A stretch of 64,000 nt of DNA from Eledone cirrhosa (GCA_964016885.1 OZ024763.1:24614001-24678000), one strand, 5' to 3'. Counted from the first letter of the stretch, positions 29,137 to 43,649 are shown. The notes: a model not told the origin generated them from the letters alone. Numbers and translations are program-made.

Positions 29137-29232
29137 ACCCCTTGATAAGTTCAGCTAGACTACTACTGTCCTAACATTACTGGGTTAGTTCAGATCTAGC
29201 TGTCGAAACGGCCGGAGCTCAGCCGTCGGGGT
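29137..29232 (+). ncRNA. Full-length family B hammerhead, U3-A8 variant with extended stem III
   Basis: acccc TTGATAA gtt cagctaga [35 nt] tctagctg tc GAAA cggc cggagctca gccg TC ggggt. Confidence 0.75.
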
Positions 29233-29364
29233 CCTGACTCTTTTCCTATTGCTCATTCTACTACACTAAGTATCGAGTACTCTGGTGCGTTATGGTCAAC
29301 CTGGTTCCTTACCACACTTCCTCCGTTATATATATATAGTAATGTGCTGTTACAGTAGGTTCAC

Positions 29365-29442
<78 letters not shown>

Positions 29443-29484
29443 ATATATAGTTATAGTTATGTAATAAACACGATAAGGCAATTA

Positions 29485-29545
29485 TTTCATTTACCAGTGG
29501 TTTCTTAAAAGCAAAAAAATTTGGCTTTCAATCATCAGAATGAAA
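29485..29545 (-). ncRNA. Type I hammerhead ribozyme in a ~110-bp island between (TA)n tracts
   Basis: Minus strand reads tttcatt CTGATGA ttgaaagc caaattttttt gcttttaa GAAA cca c tgg TA aatgaaa: 7-bp stem I, 8-bp stem II. Confidence 0.85.
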
Positions 29546-29565
29546 AAATCCTTATATATTTATAT

Positions 29566-29600
<35 letters not shown>

Positions 29601-29798
29601 AATTTTAGTACAGCATAGACGAAGCTCTAGTATACGGCCAAGCTAGCGTGTATGCTTATTCGGTTTGTAGCTTTAGCACTCAGATGAGGTAAGACCCCAG
29701 AGTATAACATTATGCTCAGACAGCTTAGCAAATTAGATATAGCGGTCGGCAGTCCGACCGCATCACTAGAGCAACGAAAATACAGGACCCAGGTAAAG

Positions 29799-29854
<56 letters not shown>

Positions 29855-30328
29855 ACAGGGAGAAGGAGACGATTATTAGGAAGAAAAATATATTTTTTTC
29901 CTTGATAAAAAGAAGGTTTATCAAGTGAAAAGAAAAAAGAAAAAGGAAGAAAAACGTGCATAATGTAGCGCATAACAAGTCAATGTGGAAGAAAAAATAA
30001 TGTTACAAGCATAGTCATTGAAGTTAAGCAGATCAAAATGTGTTAATATAGCAATGTATATATATATATAGTTGAAAATTGCAATCTTGACTTTCACCAC
30101 AGAATATGAACCTGAAGATTGGGAAAGCATAAAAGTACTTGTTCAATTAACACTTAACATTTAATATTCTGCCATACTATTTCATTCTAATACCATTATA
30201 AATCTTAAAGGATTGTAAATAAAACGAGTAAATCAGACAAAGTTGGAATTCCTTTTATTAATATAAACTTCTATACACAATCAGACACACCCGTGTATAT
30301 TTATCCCTATATCTATATCTATCTCATA

Positions 30329-30453
<125 letters not shown>

Positions 30454-30954
30454 GGAAATGTGTGAAAACCTTGGTACAGTTAGGTACATTTAAAAAAATG
30501 AAAAAGAATGACTTGACTTGTAGTTCTGAACAATTTGATTTAATTTTATGATATTATGATTTTACAATTTGGTTTTGTAGATCTTGTAAGTTGTTTGTTG
30601 ACTTCGGTGGGGAGATTTTTAAAGATTCCTGGTTAAATTTCCTGGAGAACTTTCTCGCATTTGTCGGTGGCAATTGTCAAACTGATCTCAGGTTGTGTGT
30701 TGTGATGTGTGATTATATATATAAGAGAGATTTGGTTGTTCAGCGGTGGGGTTAATGAGTGTGGGAGTGAAGGAGTGTTGATGAAGATTTAAAGGGATTA
30801 AAGCATACATATATATATATAAATCTAATCTAAGCTTTTCGAATATTAATAATAATATTCGATTCGTTTGCAATTATACAAACAGCCGCTTTTATAAGCC
30901 ATGTCAGTAGGACGAGCTCCTTATTCTCGCTCTTGTGCTGGCATGCAAATAGAA

Positions 30955-30999
30955 CTGCAGACACTAATGTTTCTGGGTGATTACCCTTCATCAATGCAG
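30955..30999 (-). ncRNA. Type I hammerhead (C3U core) in a PLE-like 3' end
   Basis: Minus strand reads ctgca TTGATGA a gggt aatc accc a GAAA cattagtg TC tgcag. Confidence 0.7.
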
Positions 31000-31173
31000 T
31001 TTACTGCTTTCCTGTCAAATATATGATATTTTCTGAAATATGCAGTCACTGATTAGCCTGATTTGCATATTAGCAGGCTGGCTGATGCGCCAGATTTGCA
31101 TATCAGCGGATAGGCCAGTCAATTTCATGTATTCAGTTTATTTTATTCAACCATGTAGAGGGATAACTAGTTG

Positions 31174-31259
<86 letters not shown>

Positions 31260-31486
31260 ATGTATATATATTGAAGGCCGCCACCCGGACTAGCAACTAC
31301 TAATATTTGGCCGCCTTCTTGTCTTGGGCATCTCTCTCTCTACTTTTTAACCCCCTGGATTGTGTGTATTATATTCCGTTGTTGGATAAATTTCGGAATA
31401 CCTGATGATGTCACCTGTTTCATACTGAACCTGGCCATTGAAATGTTCATAAACCTTTACGGAATTACACCAGCCCAGCCTCCTGT

Positions 31487-31519
<33 letters not shown>

Positions 31520-31522
<3 letters not shown>

Positions 31523-31722
31523 AGAAAGTGAGGTTTTTTTACAAAATGAAAAAAAAACGAGGTGTCGTATACGAATGAAAGTATAAGGAAAAAAGATGAA
31601 ATCGAAAATGCAACTGGAGTCTTTTTTTTTTAAATATATTTATTTGGTTCCTTTACCGGTTTCGCAGTTTTTGTGCCTTTCAAAAGTAGAATTGAGATGG
31701 AGGGTCTGTGGTTTATCTCATA
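31520..31722 (-). mobile_element. Second copy of the 18814-19030 HHR element
   Basis: Colinear high similarity; HHR at 31651-31686 with a weakened core and stem II. Confidence 0.75.
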
Positions 31723-32069
31723 TCATATATATATTTGTGGTTTTTCTCATACCATATATATATACGGAAAATAGTGAATGTTAACAGCAAGATAGTTGAT
31801 TGGGAGTGTTTTTGGGGTGTTTAACTTGTGTTTAAGAAACACATACATATGTGTGTGTGTGTGTCGAGAGATATAGGCAACGAATCTTAGTCTAATGTTG
31901 CAACTTGTGCACCATCTCCAGTGAAAAATGATGCACAAGTTGCAACATGGTGTAGATTCTGCACCATCATAGCCACGTGTATTCCAACAACAGCAAACGA
32001 AGTGTAACTTAACACAAGACTACAATAAGCTGTTTGTAATATATTCTCATGACCAGCTTTCTGACAATA

Positions 32070-33495
32070 TATCATCATCATAAACATTATCATCATCATT
32101 AGTATCATTACCATCACATCAGCACAATCATCATCATCATCACCATCATCATCACACTCCATACAATCATCATCACCATCATCAGCATCACCATCAACAC
32201 AGCTATCATCATCACCATCACCATCACCATCACCATCAACACAGCTATCATCATCACCACCATCACCATCATCACCATCACCATCACCATCAACACAGCT
32301 ATCATCATCACCATCACCATCAACACAGCTATCATCACCATCATCACCATCACCATCAACACAACTATCATGACCATCATGACCATCACCACCATCACCA
32401 TCACCATCAACACAGCTATCATCACCATCATCATCATCACCATCAACACAGCTATCATCATCATCACCATCATGACCATCAACACAGCTATCATCATCAT
32501 CATCATCACCATCAACACAGCTATCATCATCATCACCATCATCATCACCATCAACACAGCTATCATCATCATCACCATCATCATCATCACCATCAACACA
32601 GCTATCATCATCATCACCATCATCACCATCAACACAGCTATCATCATCATCATCATCACCATCAACACAGCTATCATCATCACCATCACCATCACCATCA
32701 ACACAGCTATCATCATCACCACCATCACCATCATCACCATCACGATCACCATCAACACAGCTATCATCATCACCATCACCATCAACACAGCTATCATCAC
32801 CATCATCACCATCACCATCAACACAACTATCATGACCATCATCACCATCACCACCATCACCATCACCATCAACACAGCTATCATCACCATCATCATCATC
32901 ACCATCAACACAGCTATCATCATCATCACCATCAACACAGCTATCATCATCATCATCATGACCATCAACACAGCTATCATCATCATCACCATCATCATCA
33001 CCATCAACACAGCTATCATCATCATCACCATCATCATCATCACCATCAACACAGCTATCATCATCATCACCATCATCACCATCAACACAGCTATCATCAT
33101 CATCATCATCACCATCAACACAGCTATCATCATCACCATCACCATCACCATCAACACAGCTATCATCATCACCACCATCACCATCATCACCATCACCATC
33201 ACCATCAACACAGCTATCATCATCACCATCACCATCAACACAGCTATCATCACCATCATCACCATCACCATCAACACAACTATCATGACCATCATCACCA
33301 TCACCACCATCACCATCACCATCAACACAGCTATCATCACCATCATCATCATCACCATCAACACAGCTATCATCACCATCATCATCATCACCATCAACAC
33401 AGCTATCATCATCATCATCACCATCATCACCATCAACACAGCTATCATCATCATCATCATCACCATCAACCCAACTATCATCACCATCATCATCA
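32070..33495. repeat. Compound minisatellite: CAACACAGCTAT anchors separated by variable (CAT/CAC)n
   Basis: About 40 units, with a higher-order duplication of roughly 450-480 bp. Confidence 0.9.
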
Positions 33496-33935
33496 GAACT
33501 GTCATTGATGTCGTTGTTGTTGTTGTTGTTGTTGCTGCTGTCGCCATTAACTACGATGATTACATCAGTCTGTTTATAATAGCGACTGACTATAACTGGA
33601 CAGACAGACACACACACACACACACGCAGCCACACACACACACACACATGCACACACACACGCAGCCACACGCACACACACGCAGACACACGCAGCCACA
33701 CACACACACATGCACACACACACGCAGGCACACGCAGACACACGCACACGCAGACACACGCACACACAGACACACGCACACGCAGACACACGCACACACG
33801 AACACACACACAAGGCATTAGTACACATTTACACACACACACACTTACACAAACGTACATACACGTATGTAAATTTAAGTATGTCTTTGTAAATATATAT
33901 ATGTGTGTGTGTGTATATATATATGTATGTAGATA

Positions 33936-33997
<62 letters not shown>

Positions 33998-34011
33998 CAT
34001 ATATATATATG

Positions 34012-34059
<48 letters not shown>

Positions 34060-34172
34060 CACACACACACATACACACATATATATATATATATATACAC
34101 AAACATATATACATGTCCATTATATATACATTTACGCAAACACATACATACCAAGATGTCTACATGTGTACT

Positions 34173-34233
<61 letters not shown>

Positions 34234-34335
34234 ACACGTACACACACGTACAAGCAAGCACGTAGCGTTCAACAAGTCAGTTCGGATTAGTTTCAAAGAG
34301 TAACAGACTTTCGCCGCCACCACCGTTGCCTCCTC

Positions 34336-34352
34336 ACAACAATAACAACACC

Positions 34353-34385
<33 letters not shown>

Positions 34386-35740
34386 TCCATTGCTGTACTC
34401 CACCTCCCACCTCTACCAAACACCAACACCACAACAACACCTCACAACACATAACAACAAAATCATCAAAACTACAACAACCACCTTCGCAACATTCAAC
34501 CTCAGACCTTCCCCCAAACAACAACCACCACCACCAACAACAACAACAACCACCAACACTACCACCACTACCACCAACACTACCACCACTACCACCAACA
34601 CCACCACTACCACCTACACCCCCACCAACAACAACAACAACCACCACAACCACCACTACCACCAACACTACCACCGCCACCACCAACACCACCACCAACA
34701 ACAACAACAACCACCACTACCACCAACACTACCACCACTACCACCAACACCACCACTACCACCTACACCCCCACCAACAACAACAACAACCACCACAACC
34801 ACCACTACCACCAACACTACCACCGCCACCACCAACACCACCACCACCAACAACAACCACCACCACTACCACCAACACCACCACCACCAACAACACCAAC
34901 AACCACCACTACCACCAACACCACCACCAACAACAACACCACCACTACCACCAACACCACCACCAACAACAACAACAACCACCACCACCACCAACCACCA
35001 CTACCACCAACACCACCAACAACACCAACACCACCAACAACACCAACAACCACCACCAACACCAACACCAACAACCATCATCACCACCAGCACCACCACC
35101 AACAACAACAACAACCACCATCACCAAAACCACCAACAACAACAACAACCATCATCACCACCAGCACCACCACCAATAACACCAACCACCATCAACAACA
35201 ACAACAACCACCAACACCAACAACAACAACAACAACCACCAACACCACCAACAACAACAACAACAACCACCAACAACAACAACAACAACCACCAACACCA
35301 ACAACCATCATCACCACCAGCACCACCACCAACATCAACAACCACCACCACCACCAACAACCATCATCACCACCAGCACCACCACCAACAACAACAACCA
35401 CCACCACCAACAACCATCATCACCACCAGCACCACCACCAATAACACCAACCACCATCAACAACAACAACAACAACCACCAACACCACCAACAACCACAC
35501 CACCACCAACACCAACACCAACAACCATCATCACCACCAACACCACCACCAATAACACCAACCACCATCAACAACAACAACAACAACAACCACCAACACC
35601 ACCAACAACAACAACAACCACCACCAACACCAACAACCACACCACTACCAACACCAACACCAACAACCATCATCACCACCAGCACCACCACCAACAACAC
35701 TAACCACCACCACCAACAACAACCAGCACCACCGCCACCA
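34336..35740. repeat. Degenerate (CAA/CAC)n tract
   Basis: Seen directly. Confidence 0.9.
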
Positions 35741-36044
35741 GTTTGACCATAATTAACGCCGCCATCACCACCGTGTGTTTGTATGTTGATGTGCATGTCC
35801 CTGGGTGGGTTTGTGTGAGTAGGCGACTTTGTTTGTGTCCTTGTGTGTGTGTATATATATATGTACATATATATATATGTGTGTGTGTGTATATATATAT
35901 ATATAGTATATATATGTACATATATATATGTGTGTGTGTGTGTATATATATATATATTTATATATATATGTACATATATATATATGTGTATGTGTGTGTG
36001 TGTGTGTGTGTGCGTGTGTATATATGTGTGTGTTTGTGTCTGCG

Positions 36045-36078
<34 letters not shown>

Positions 36079-36529
36079 TATGGGTCATCTTCCGGTATGT
36101 CGTTGTTAAGTGTATGTGTGTGTGTGTGTGTGTGTGTTTAAGAGAGAAAGAGAGAGAGGGGGGGGGAAGATATCTGTTGCTGCAGAATTCTGAAAATAGC
36201 AACATGGCGACTAAATGGTATTGGTTTATAGTTTATATGATACTGTGGTGGTGGTGGTCGTCGTGGTGGTATTGGCTGTGGTGATGTCGTTGGGAGTGTC
36301 TGTAGTGGTGATGATGATGGTTGTTGTGGAAGTGGTGATGGTGGTGGTGGTGGTGGTGATGGTGATGGTGATGATGCTGCTGATGATCCTGTTATTTTGG
36401 CAGCTAGCACTGTCCATATTTCTCAGAGCACCATTTACAGAGGACTACGTGAGCAGAATGTTGTGCGACGTTCCACCGAAAATACACAAGACTTTCCGTT
36501 TAACACAGTTTGAGAGGCTTATACACAAG

Positions 36530-36608
36530 AGATATATTTACTGTCTACTGTATATTAGCAACATAGACTCTATACCGACATATGCCACGGTCTATATAAG
36601 TATGTGTG

Positions 36609-36640
<32 letters not shown>

Positions 36641-37625
36641 TGTATGTATGTATGTATGTATGTATGTTTGTATGTATGTATGTATGAATGTATGTATGTA
36701 TGTATGTAATACTGTCTACTGTATATTAACAACTTAGACTCTATACCGACATATGCCACGGTCTATATAAGTATGTGTGTATATGTTTGTATGTATGTAT
36801 GTATGTAATATTGTCTACTGTATATTAACAACTTAGACTCTATACCGACATATGCCACGGTCTATATAAGTATGTGTGTATATGTATATGTATGTCAGGT
36901 CACCAGTTGGTGCTATTGGTAACATGTATCCCAGTACAACCTGTCTCATGGTCGGGTCGTTGGCTACTAAACTGGCAACCCCACCAAGGTTTCTTGGTGA
37001 GGAGGGTGACTTTGGACATCCTGCAGGAATAAAAACAAAACCTGTCTAAGGGCAAAGGAGCTCTTAAGAGTCAATGGCCATCCAAAATCACCGGGAGAGA
37101 TGACCCCTTAGCCTTTCTCAAGGCAGAATTCTAGGAGAAGGAAAACTCTGATATAACACCTGCAACCCTGATGGTATCCAATGATGTTGACTTGTTCTTC
37201 TTTTTGGTAAATATCATCTTGGTTAAGAGACTGGGACTGGCTTTGTGCAGTGCCTTTGATCACTATAAAAGCTTCACGGCACAGGCATTGCTTTATATCT
37301 GGAGATCTCTCTGCACTTGTCGTCACATGGTACCATGGGCCCAGCACTATGTGTCAATAATTGTCACAAGTTTAGTGTTTGTACCAGAGTTTTCAAGTCG
37401 CTGGCTGGACTAAAAAGTCACACTCGTTTAGCGCATCAGTAGGGGTTCTCCTACATGGATATAAAGTAGTGGCCGTACTCGAAAACGAGTTGGCAGCCAT
37501 GTATATGTGTGTATGTATGTATGTATGTATGTTTCACCAGATATATATACTGTCTACTGTATATTAACAACTTAGACTCTATATCGACATCTGTCATGGT
37601 CTATATATGTATGTGTGTATATGTA
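36530..37625. repeat. Tandem ~75-bp unit plus (TATG)n spacer, 4 copies, interrupted by the RTE-derived element
   Basis: TACTGTCTACTGTATATTAACAACTTAGACTCTATACCGAC at ~36539, 36710, 36809 and 37548. Confidence 0.85.
36894..37500 (+). mobile_element. Non-autonomous RTE-derived element, copy 2
   Basis: Colinear with 27895-28503. Confidence 0.8.
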
Positions 37626-37662
37626 TGTATGTATATGTGTGTTTGTATGTATATATATTATA

Positions 37663-38116
37663 TCAGGTCGCTTTCGAGTGATACTGGTAATATGTAACTC
37701 AGTATAATATGTCTCATGGTCGGGTCGACGGCGACTAAACCGCCAACCCCACCAAGCTTGCTTGAGGGTGATATTTGGACACCCTGCGGGATGAAATACA
37801 AGGCCTGGCAAAAGGCGGAGGAACTCAGCAGAGTCAACGGCCACCATAGTAGTACTTTTTTTTTACCTGGGAAACTTTGAAACAAAAAAAAAACCTGCGG
37901 CTTCGCAAGCATCTGATGATGTTGACCAGTTCTCCTTTTCAGGTAGTGTTTTTGATGGTCAGAGAGTGGAATAGGTCAAGTGCAAGGCATTTCCCCACTT
38001 AATAAACATTCAAAGCATAGGCATTGCTAGTTCAGGATCTGTTACAGTTTCGTGTGACTAGCCCTAGCCTAAGGGTGTACCAAACTCTATAACCTGACCA
38101 GAGTTTGCAGCCATCA
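37663..38116 (+). mobile_element. Diverged, shorter relative of the RTE-derived element
   Basis: Shares the 5' CAGGTCGC...CATGGTCGGGTCG..GGCGACTAAAC..CAACCCCACCAAG and the 3' GAGTT.GCAGCCA.CATGTATG; lacks the zinc-finger segment. Confidence 0.7.
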
Positions 38117-38158
38117 TGTATGTACGTACGTGTTTGTGTATGTATTTATGTATATATA

Positions 38159-38233
<75 letters not shown>

Positions 38234-38235
<2 letters not shown>

Positions 38236-38532
38236 GTGGGAAAGTAAAAAATCGGAGAATAGACCGTTAAAACATGTTTATTTAAAACACCACCTACGTA
38301 CGTTTCGCCCAGTTGGGCTTCTTAAGGGCATACATAATCAAAAGTGTTCCTCATATTGCTCGGAAAGAGTTTTTGATGTGGATTTAACCCCCAAAACTCT
38401 TTCCGAGCAATATAAGGAACACTTTTGATTATGTATGCCCTTGAGAAGCCCAACTGGGCGAAACGTACGTAGGTGGTGTTTTAAATAAACATGTTTTAAC
38501 GGTCTATTCTCCGATTTTTTACTTTCCCACGT
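38234..38532. repeat. Fold-back inverted repeat, 140-bp arms, 19-nt loop
   Basis: 38234-38373 versus 38393-38532, two mismatches seen. Confidence 0.95.
38438..38474 (+). ncRNA. Minimal hammerhead, U3-A8 variant
   Basis: cc TTGAGAA gccc aact gggc GAAA cgtacg TA gg; the mirror copy in the left arm has a TTAAGAA core. Confidence 0.7.
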
Positions 38533-38790
38533 GCTTACGCTCTGCTAACTCTCTAGCCCACTAAATATTAACACTTCGAATATTTAATACTGCCGGCACT
38601 AGTATCGAGCACCTTTGGCATACGCTACTTGGCAAATAACTATATGTATCACCTATCCTCCCCTTTTTTTCTCTTTCTCGATACGTAAATGCTGTATATA
38701 TATATATATATATGTTAACATACACACAGAATCACACAAATACACATACGCGCGCGCGCATCACACACACACACATACACACATAAATAT

Positions 38791-38828
<38 letters not shown>

Positions 38829-38921
38829 TATATATACATATATATACATATATCTATATATATACACATATACATATAGATATATACGGATATATATATG
38901 CATATGTATATTTCTATATAT

Positions 38922-38965
<44 letters not shown>

Positions 38966-38984
38966 TATATATAGATATATATAT

Positions 38985-39156
38985 GTTATTCCGGGTTGAA
39001 TCGGAGGTAACCACAGTAAGTAAGGTACTCAATACATAGCAAAGTATAAAAGTTTTAATATAGATGAGATTCTACAGGACTAGAACTGTTTCATTCTTTA
39101 GAAATCATTCCTGATGATTTCTAAAGATTGAAACAGTTCTAGTCATGTGGAATGTC
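38985..39156 (-). mobile_element. Fold-back element turning at the HHR core
   Basis: GACTAGAACTGTTTCATTCTTTAGAAATCAT-tcctg-ATGATTTCTAAAGATTGAAACAGTTCTAGTC; CTGATGA at 39111. Confidence 0.75.
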
Positions 39157-39164
39157 ATATATAT

Positions 39165-39212
<48 letters not shown>

Positions 39213-39471
39213 GAGTGTATATGTATGTATAGATAATATATATAAATGTGCTTGTATATGCATATGTGCGTGTGTATATATATATATATACGCACACACA
39301 TCACTAAAGACCTCTTTATTCAAAAACATGAAATATTTTTCCGCATATTTCTATGAGGTAGACCTCAAATTTAATATTCACGTCTTTCCCAATCGTACAG
39401 AAATGTATTTCAATTTGATTAAACAATTCCAGCCCTTTTACAAGGCTCCCTTGCGTCGTACAAATATTCTT

Positions 39472-39537
<66 letters not shown>

Positions 39538-39553
39538 CACACATATTTTTATA

Positions 39554-39596
<43 letters not shown>

Positions 39597-39670
39597 CGTT
39601 TCTGGATGTATGTTTATATATATGCATATATATTTATATATATATATATATATTTATATATATGCATATG

Positions 39671-39711
<41 letters not shown>

Positions 39712-39775
39712 CGAGTGCTTTTATATCAGTTATAAATATTTACTAGTTGTAACCCAACAATTTTAAATATAACTT

Positions 39776-39827
<52 letters not shown>

Positions 39828-39907
39828 TCTGTGTGTACGTGCCTATGTATGTTTATATATACACATCTATATATATGTATGCATATATTTATAAGTATAG
39901 GTGTGTG

Positions 39908-39935
<28 letters not shown>

Positions 39936-39939
<4 letters not shown>

Positions 39940-40339
39940 AACGTTAGAATATGTGTAATAAGGCCAAGACAATGCAGATATGGACATAGAAAAAAGAATG
40001 CAATAGTGAAAGATATTGATGAGAATTCGTCTTTCACCTTGAATTTATTTAAATGTCCTTAATTTTCGAGATAATATCTCTTCTTCGGAGGGAAGTAAAA
40101 GTCTCAGACCAGCGTCTAAATTTCCAATGAAGCCATGCATGGCTTCATTGGAAATTTAGACGCTGGTCTGAGACTTTTACTTCCCTCCGAAGAAGAGATA
40201 TTATCTCGAAAATTAAGGACATTTAAATAAATTCAAGGTGAAAGACGAATTCTCATCAATATCTTTCACTATTGCATTCTTTTTTCTATGTCCATATCTG
40301 CATTGTCTTGGCCTTATTACACATATTCTAACGTTTATA
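39936..40339. repeat. 404-bp perfect palindrome (no spacer) between (TA)n tracts
   Basis: Centre GCCATG|CATGGC at 40137/40138; no mismatches found by eye. Confidence 0.95.
40184..40218 (+). ncRNA. Minimal hammerhead, U4C variant (mirror copy on - strand at 40057-40091)
   Basis: cct CCGAAGA a gagat att atctc GAAA at TA agg, followed by AATAAA. Confidence 0.65.
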
Positions 40340-40380
40340 CCTCATTACACAATGCTTCAAGTGAACTATAACCTCCTCCT

Positions 40381-40450
<70 letters not shown>

Positions 40451-40608
40451 TACAGACATACGGATAAGTATACACAAATATGACCCTCCCCATATATATA
40501 TATATATATATATATGTAATATATGAATATACATATGTATATACATATATATAGGTATATACATATACATATATATATATGTATATACATATATATATAT
40601 GTATATAC

Positions 40609-40693
<85 letters not shown>

Positions 40694-40756
40694 CATATAC
40701 ATATATATATATGTATATACATATCCATACATATGCCTATACACACACACACACAT

Positions 40757-40833
<77 letters not shown>

Positions 40834-41383
40834 GTGGGTGTATGTATAAACGTGTGATGTGAAGGTGAGTGACCTTCAACACATGTATTTATAACATCTA
40901 AAACGAGGCCAAATGAGATATATATACTCTATATAAAAATCCAGCCCAGGAAAGTAAAGCAAGGCCTGAGGGAAATATGTGATATTCAAAGTTAGTGTAT
41001 TACAAGTTGAACTGTATAGTTATATATAATTGTAATTATAAAAGTTGTGTGACTTTTGTTGGCAAAAAAACATGTAGCATGCTTTTGAAAAATCAACTGA
41101 TATATTTCTCTCCTTCTGTGTCTTTCTTTCTCTTTATCTTACTCTCTTTCTTACGTTCTCTCTCTATCTCTGTGTCACTCTCTCTATCTCTCACTCTCCC
41201 TGTCTTTCTTTCTCTCTTTCTTTCTTTCTTTCGCTACTCCTCTCTCTCCATCTCTCTCTCTCTTCTCTCTTTGTGTATGTATATATGAATATATATATAT
41301 ATATATACACACACACATATATATATATAAACAAATATTTATATGCATGCGTATGCATATAAACATGCACACTCACACACACA

Positions 41384-41424
<41 letters not shown>

Positions 41425-41776
41425 ACATTATACATATATATATATATATGTATATATACATACATATATATATATAGGGAAAATATTCTATTCAAAAATA
41501 TTCAGTCGAAATTATTTATCATTTTTGAGTTTCTTTCTTCTCCGACTTTTAGAAAACAATTTATGTCCATCTTTTTGCGTTTTTAGTTGTTTGTTTTTGG
41601 TTTTGCTTTTGTTATTTTTACACCAGAATAACTTGTTAGCACAATGAGGCTTCGATTTACATATATCTCCTATTCATATGTTGCCAGTGTTTACCATGTT
41701 AGTCTAATTGTCCGACATATTGAGAATAATTTAAACCAAACAAAACAATTCAAACGCATTAATGAACAAACTTAGT

Positions 41777-41940
41777 AAAGCGCGCGACGTGGTGTAGAGA
41801 AAGGCGGGAAAAGGAAAGCGCGCGACGTGTGGTGTGGGGGTGTGGCTGGTGGTAAAAGAGCGGGAAAAAATAACAAATAACGACAACAACGAGAATAGAC
41901 TAGCAACAGCAGCCCACGTCCACCATTAAACAACCAATGA
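41777..41940. promoter_or_regulatory. Possible promoter/enhancer with E2F-like sites and a CCAAT box
   Basis: AAAGCGCGCGACGTG twice, GGCGGGAAAA (41803), GAGCGGGAAAA (41858) and AACCAATGA (~41932) in a CpG-rich patch. Motif match only. Confidence 0.3.
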
Positions 41941-42156
41941 AATTTGATAATAAAATATACATAAACAACTAGATGATGGTAATAACGACTGTAAAGTAAA
42001 ACATATTAACTGAACATACGCAGTTAGAATGGGTTTAGCGTTGGTTCATTGAGAAAAACACACACACAGAAAACTGAAAATTGCTACATATATATATATA
42101 ACATTTTTTATATGTACATATATGTGGTGTGTCTATATATACACACACATACATAT

Positions 42157-42228
<72 letters not shown>

Positions 42229-42235
42229 ATATATA

Positions 42236-42278
<43 letters not shown>

Positions 42279-42289
42279 CTATGTGTGTA

Positions 42290-42342
<53 letters not shown>

Positions 42343-42622
42343 ATATATTTATATATATATGTGTGTGTCTGTATATATATATTTATATATATATGTGTGT
42401 ATGTGTGTGTATATATACATATACACACACACACATATGTGTATGTATATATATATATATATATATACACAATCTCGATAGTAGCAAATCCTGCACAGAA
42501 TAACTGATAACAATATATACACCCTTAAAAATGATAACACCGAAAAAAACAATGTTCACAAGGTAACTTCATAATATATACAAATATATAAACACATATA
42601 TATTGATGTATATATATGTATG

Positions 42623-42711
<89 letters not shown>

Positions 42712-43649
42712 ACATACATATATATGTATATATCTATGTATATATATGTACGTATGTATAACTATATATATATATATACCACATAGTGAAAGAAAATTAA
42801 ATCATATACGCGCACACTATACATAAAAGAAAGATTAATGCATATATACACACCGTACACAAGGGGAAGATAAATAACAATAACACCAACAACAGCAACA
42901 AGAACGATAATGATAATTATAATAATAACAAATAAACGAAGCAAAATGGCGGCAGGAAATACAACAAAAATTAATCGCTTCCCGAAACAAAATGGCCGCT
43001 GGATAATCCTGAGTGTAGTTCCGTTAAGTGTACAAGATAAAACGATAAATAATAGCTATATGGTTGTTGTTTTTGTTGTTGTTGTTTTCTTTTGTTGTTT
43101 ATTGATGCTGTTGTTGCTGTTGTTGTTGTTGTTGTTGTTGGTTGTGTTTTCGATAATGAATTATGAATTGATATAATAATTGGACGCCTTTCATTGAAAA
43201 AAAAAACATACACAGAGACACACTCATACACTATCATCATACACACACACACTTCTCCATTATCATAACTCATACACACTCACAGACACACAATCACCCT
43301 CATACTCACACCCACTCACTCATTATCATCACACACACACACTCACTCACACACATACACACACTCACACACATTATTATGGTATACACTCACATACACA
43401 CACATTATTATTGTACACACTCACATATACATATACATACACACACTCACAAACACATACACACGCTCGCCTACACTTACACAAACTCACAGACATCATC
43501 ATCACATATATATACACACACACACGCATTATCACACACACACACATACGCGCACACACACACACATTATCATCACATATACATAATGGACAATTAATTT
43601 AGAGGGAAGGAAGACGAAGAAAAAAACAATACCACAAACGATGACAGTA

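Noticed and set aside
31887-34253. 788-aa ORF with (DDDSCVDG)n, superficially like acidic biomineralisation proteins
   Set aside because: It starts in (TG)n/(TA)n repeats. The array is built from 3-nt and 12-nt modules, so frame is preserved automatically, and other frames are open too. Treated as a minisatellite unless expression data say otherwise.
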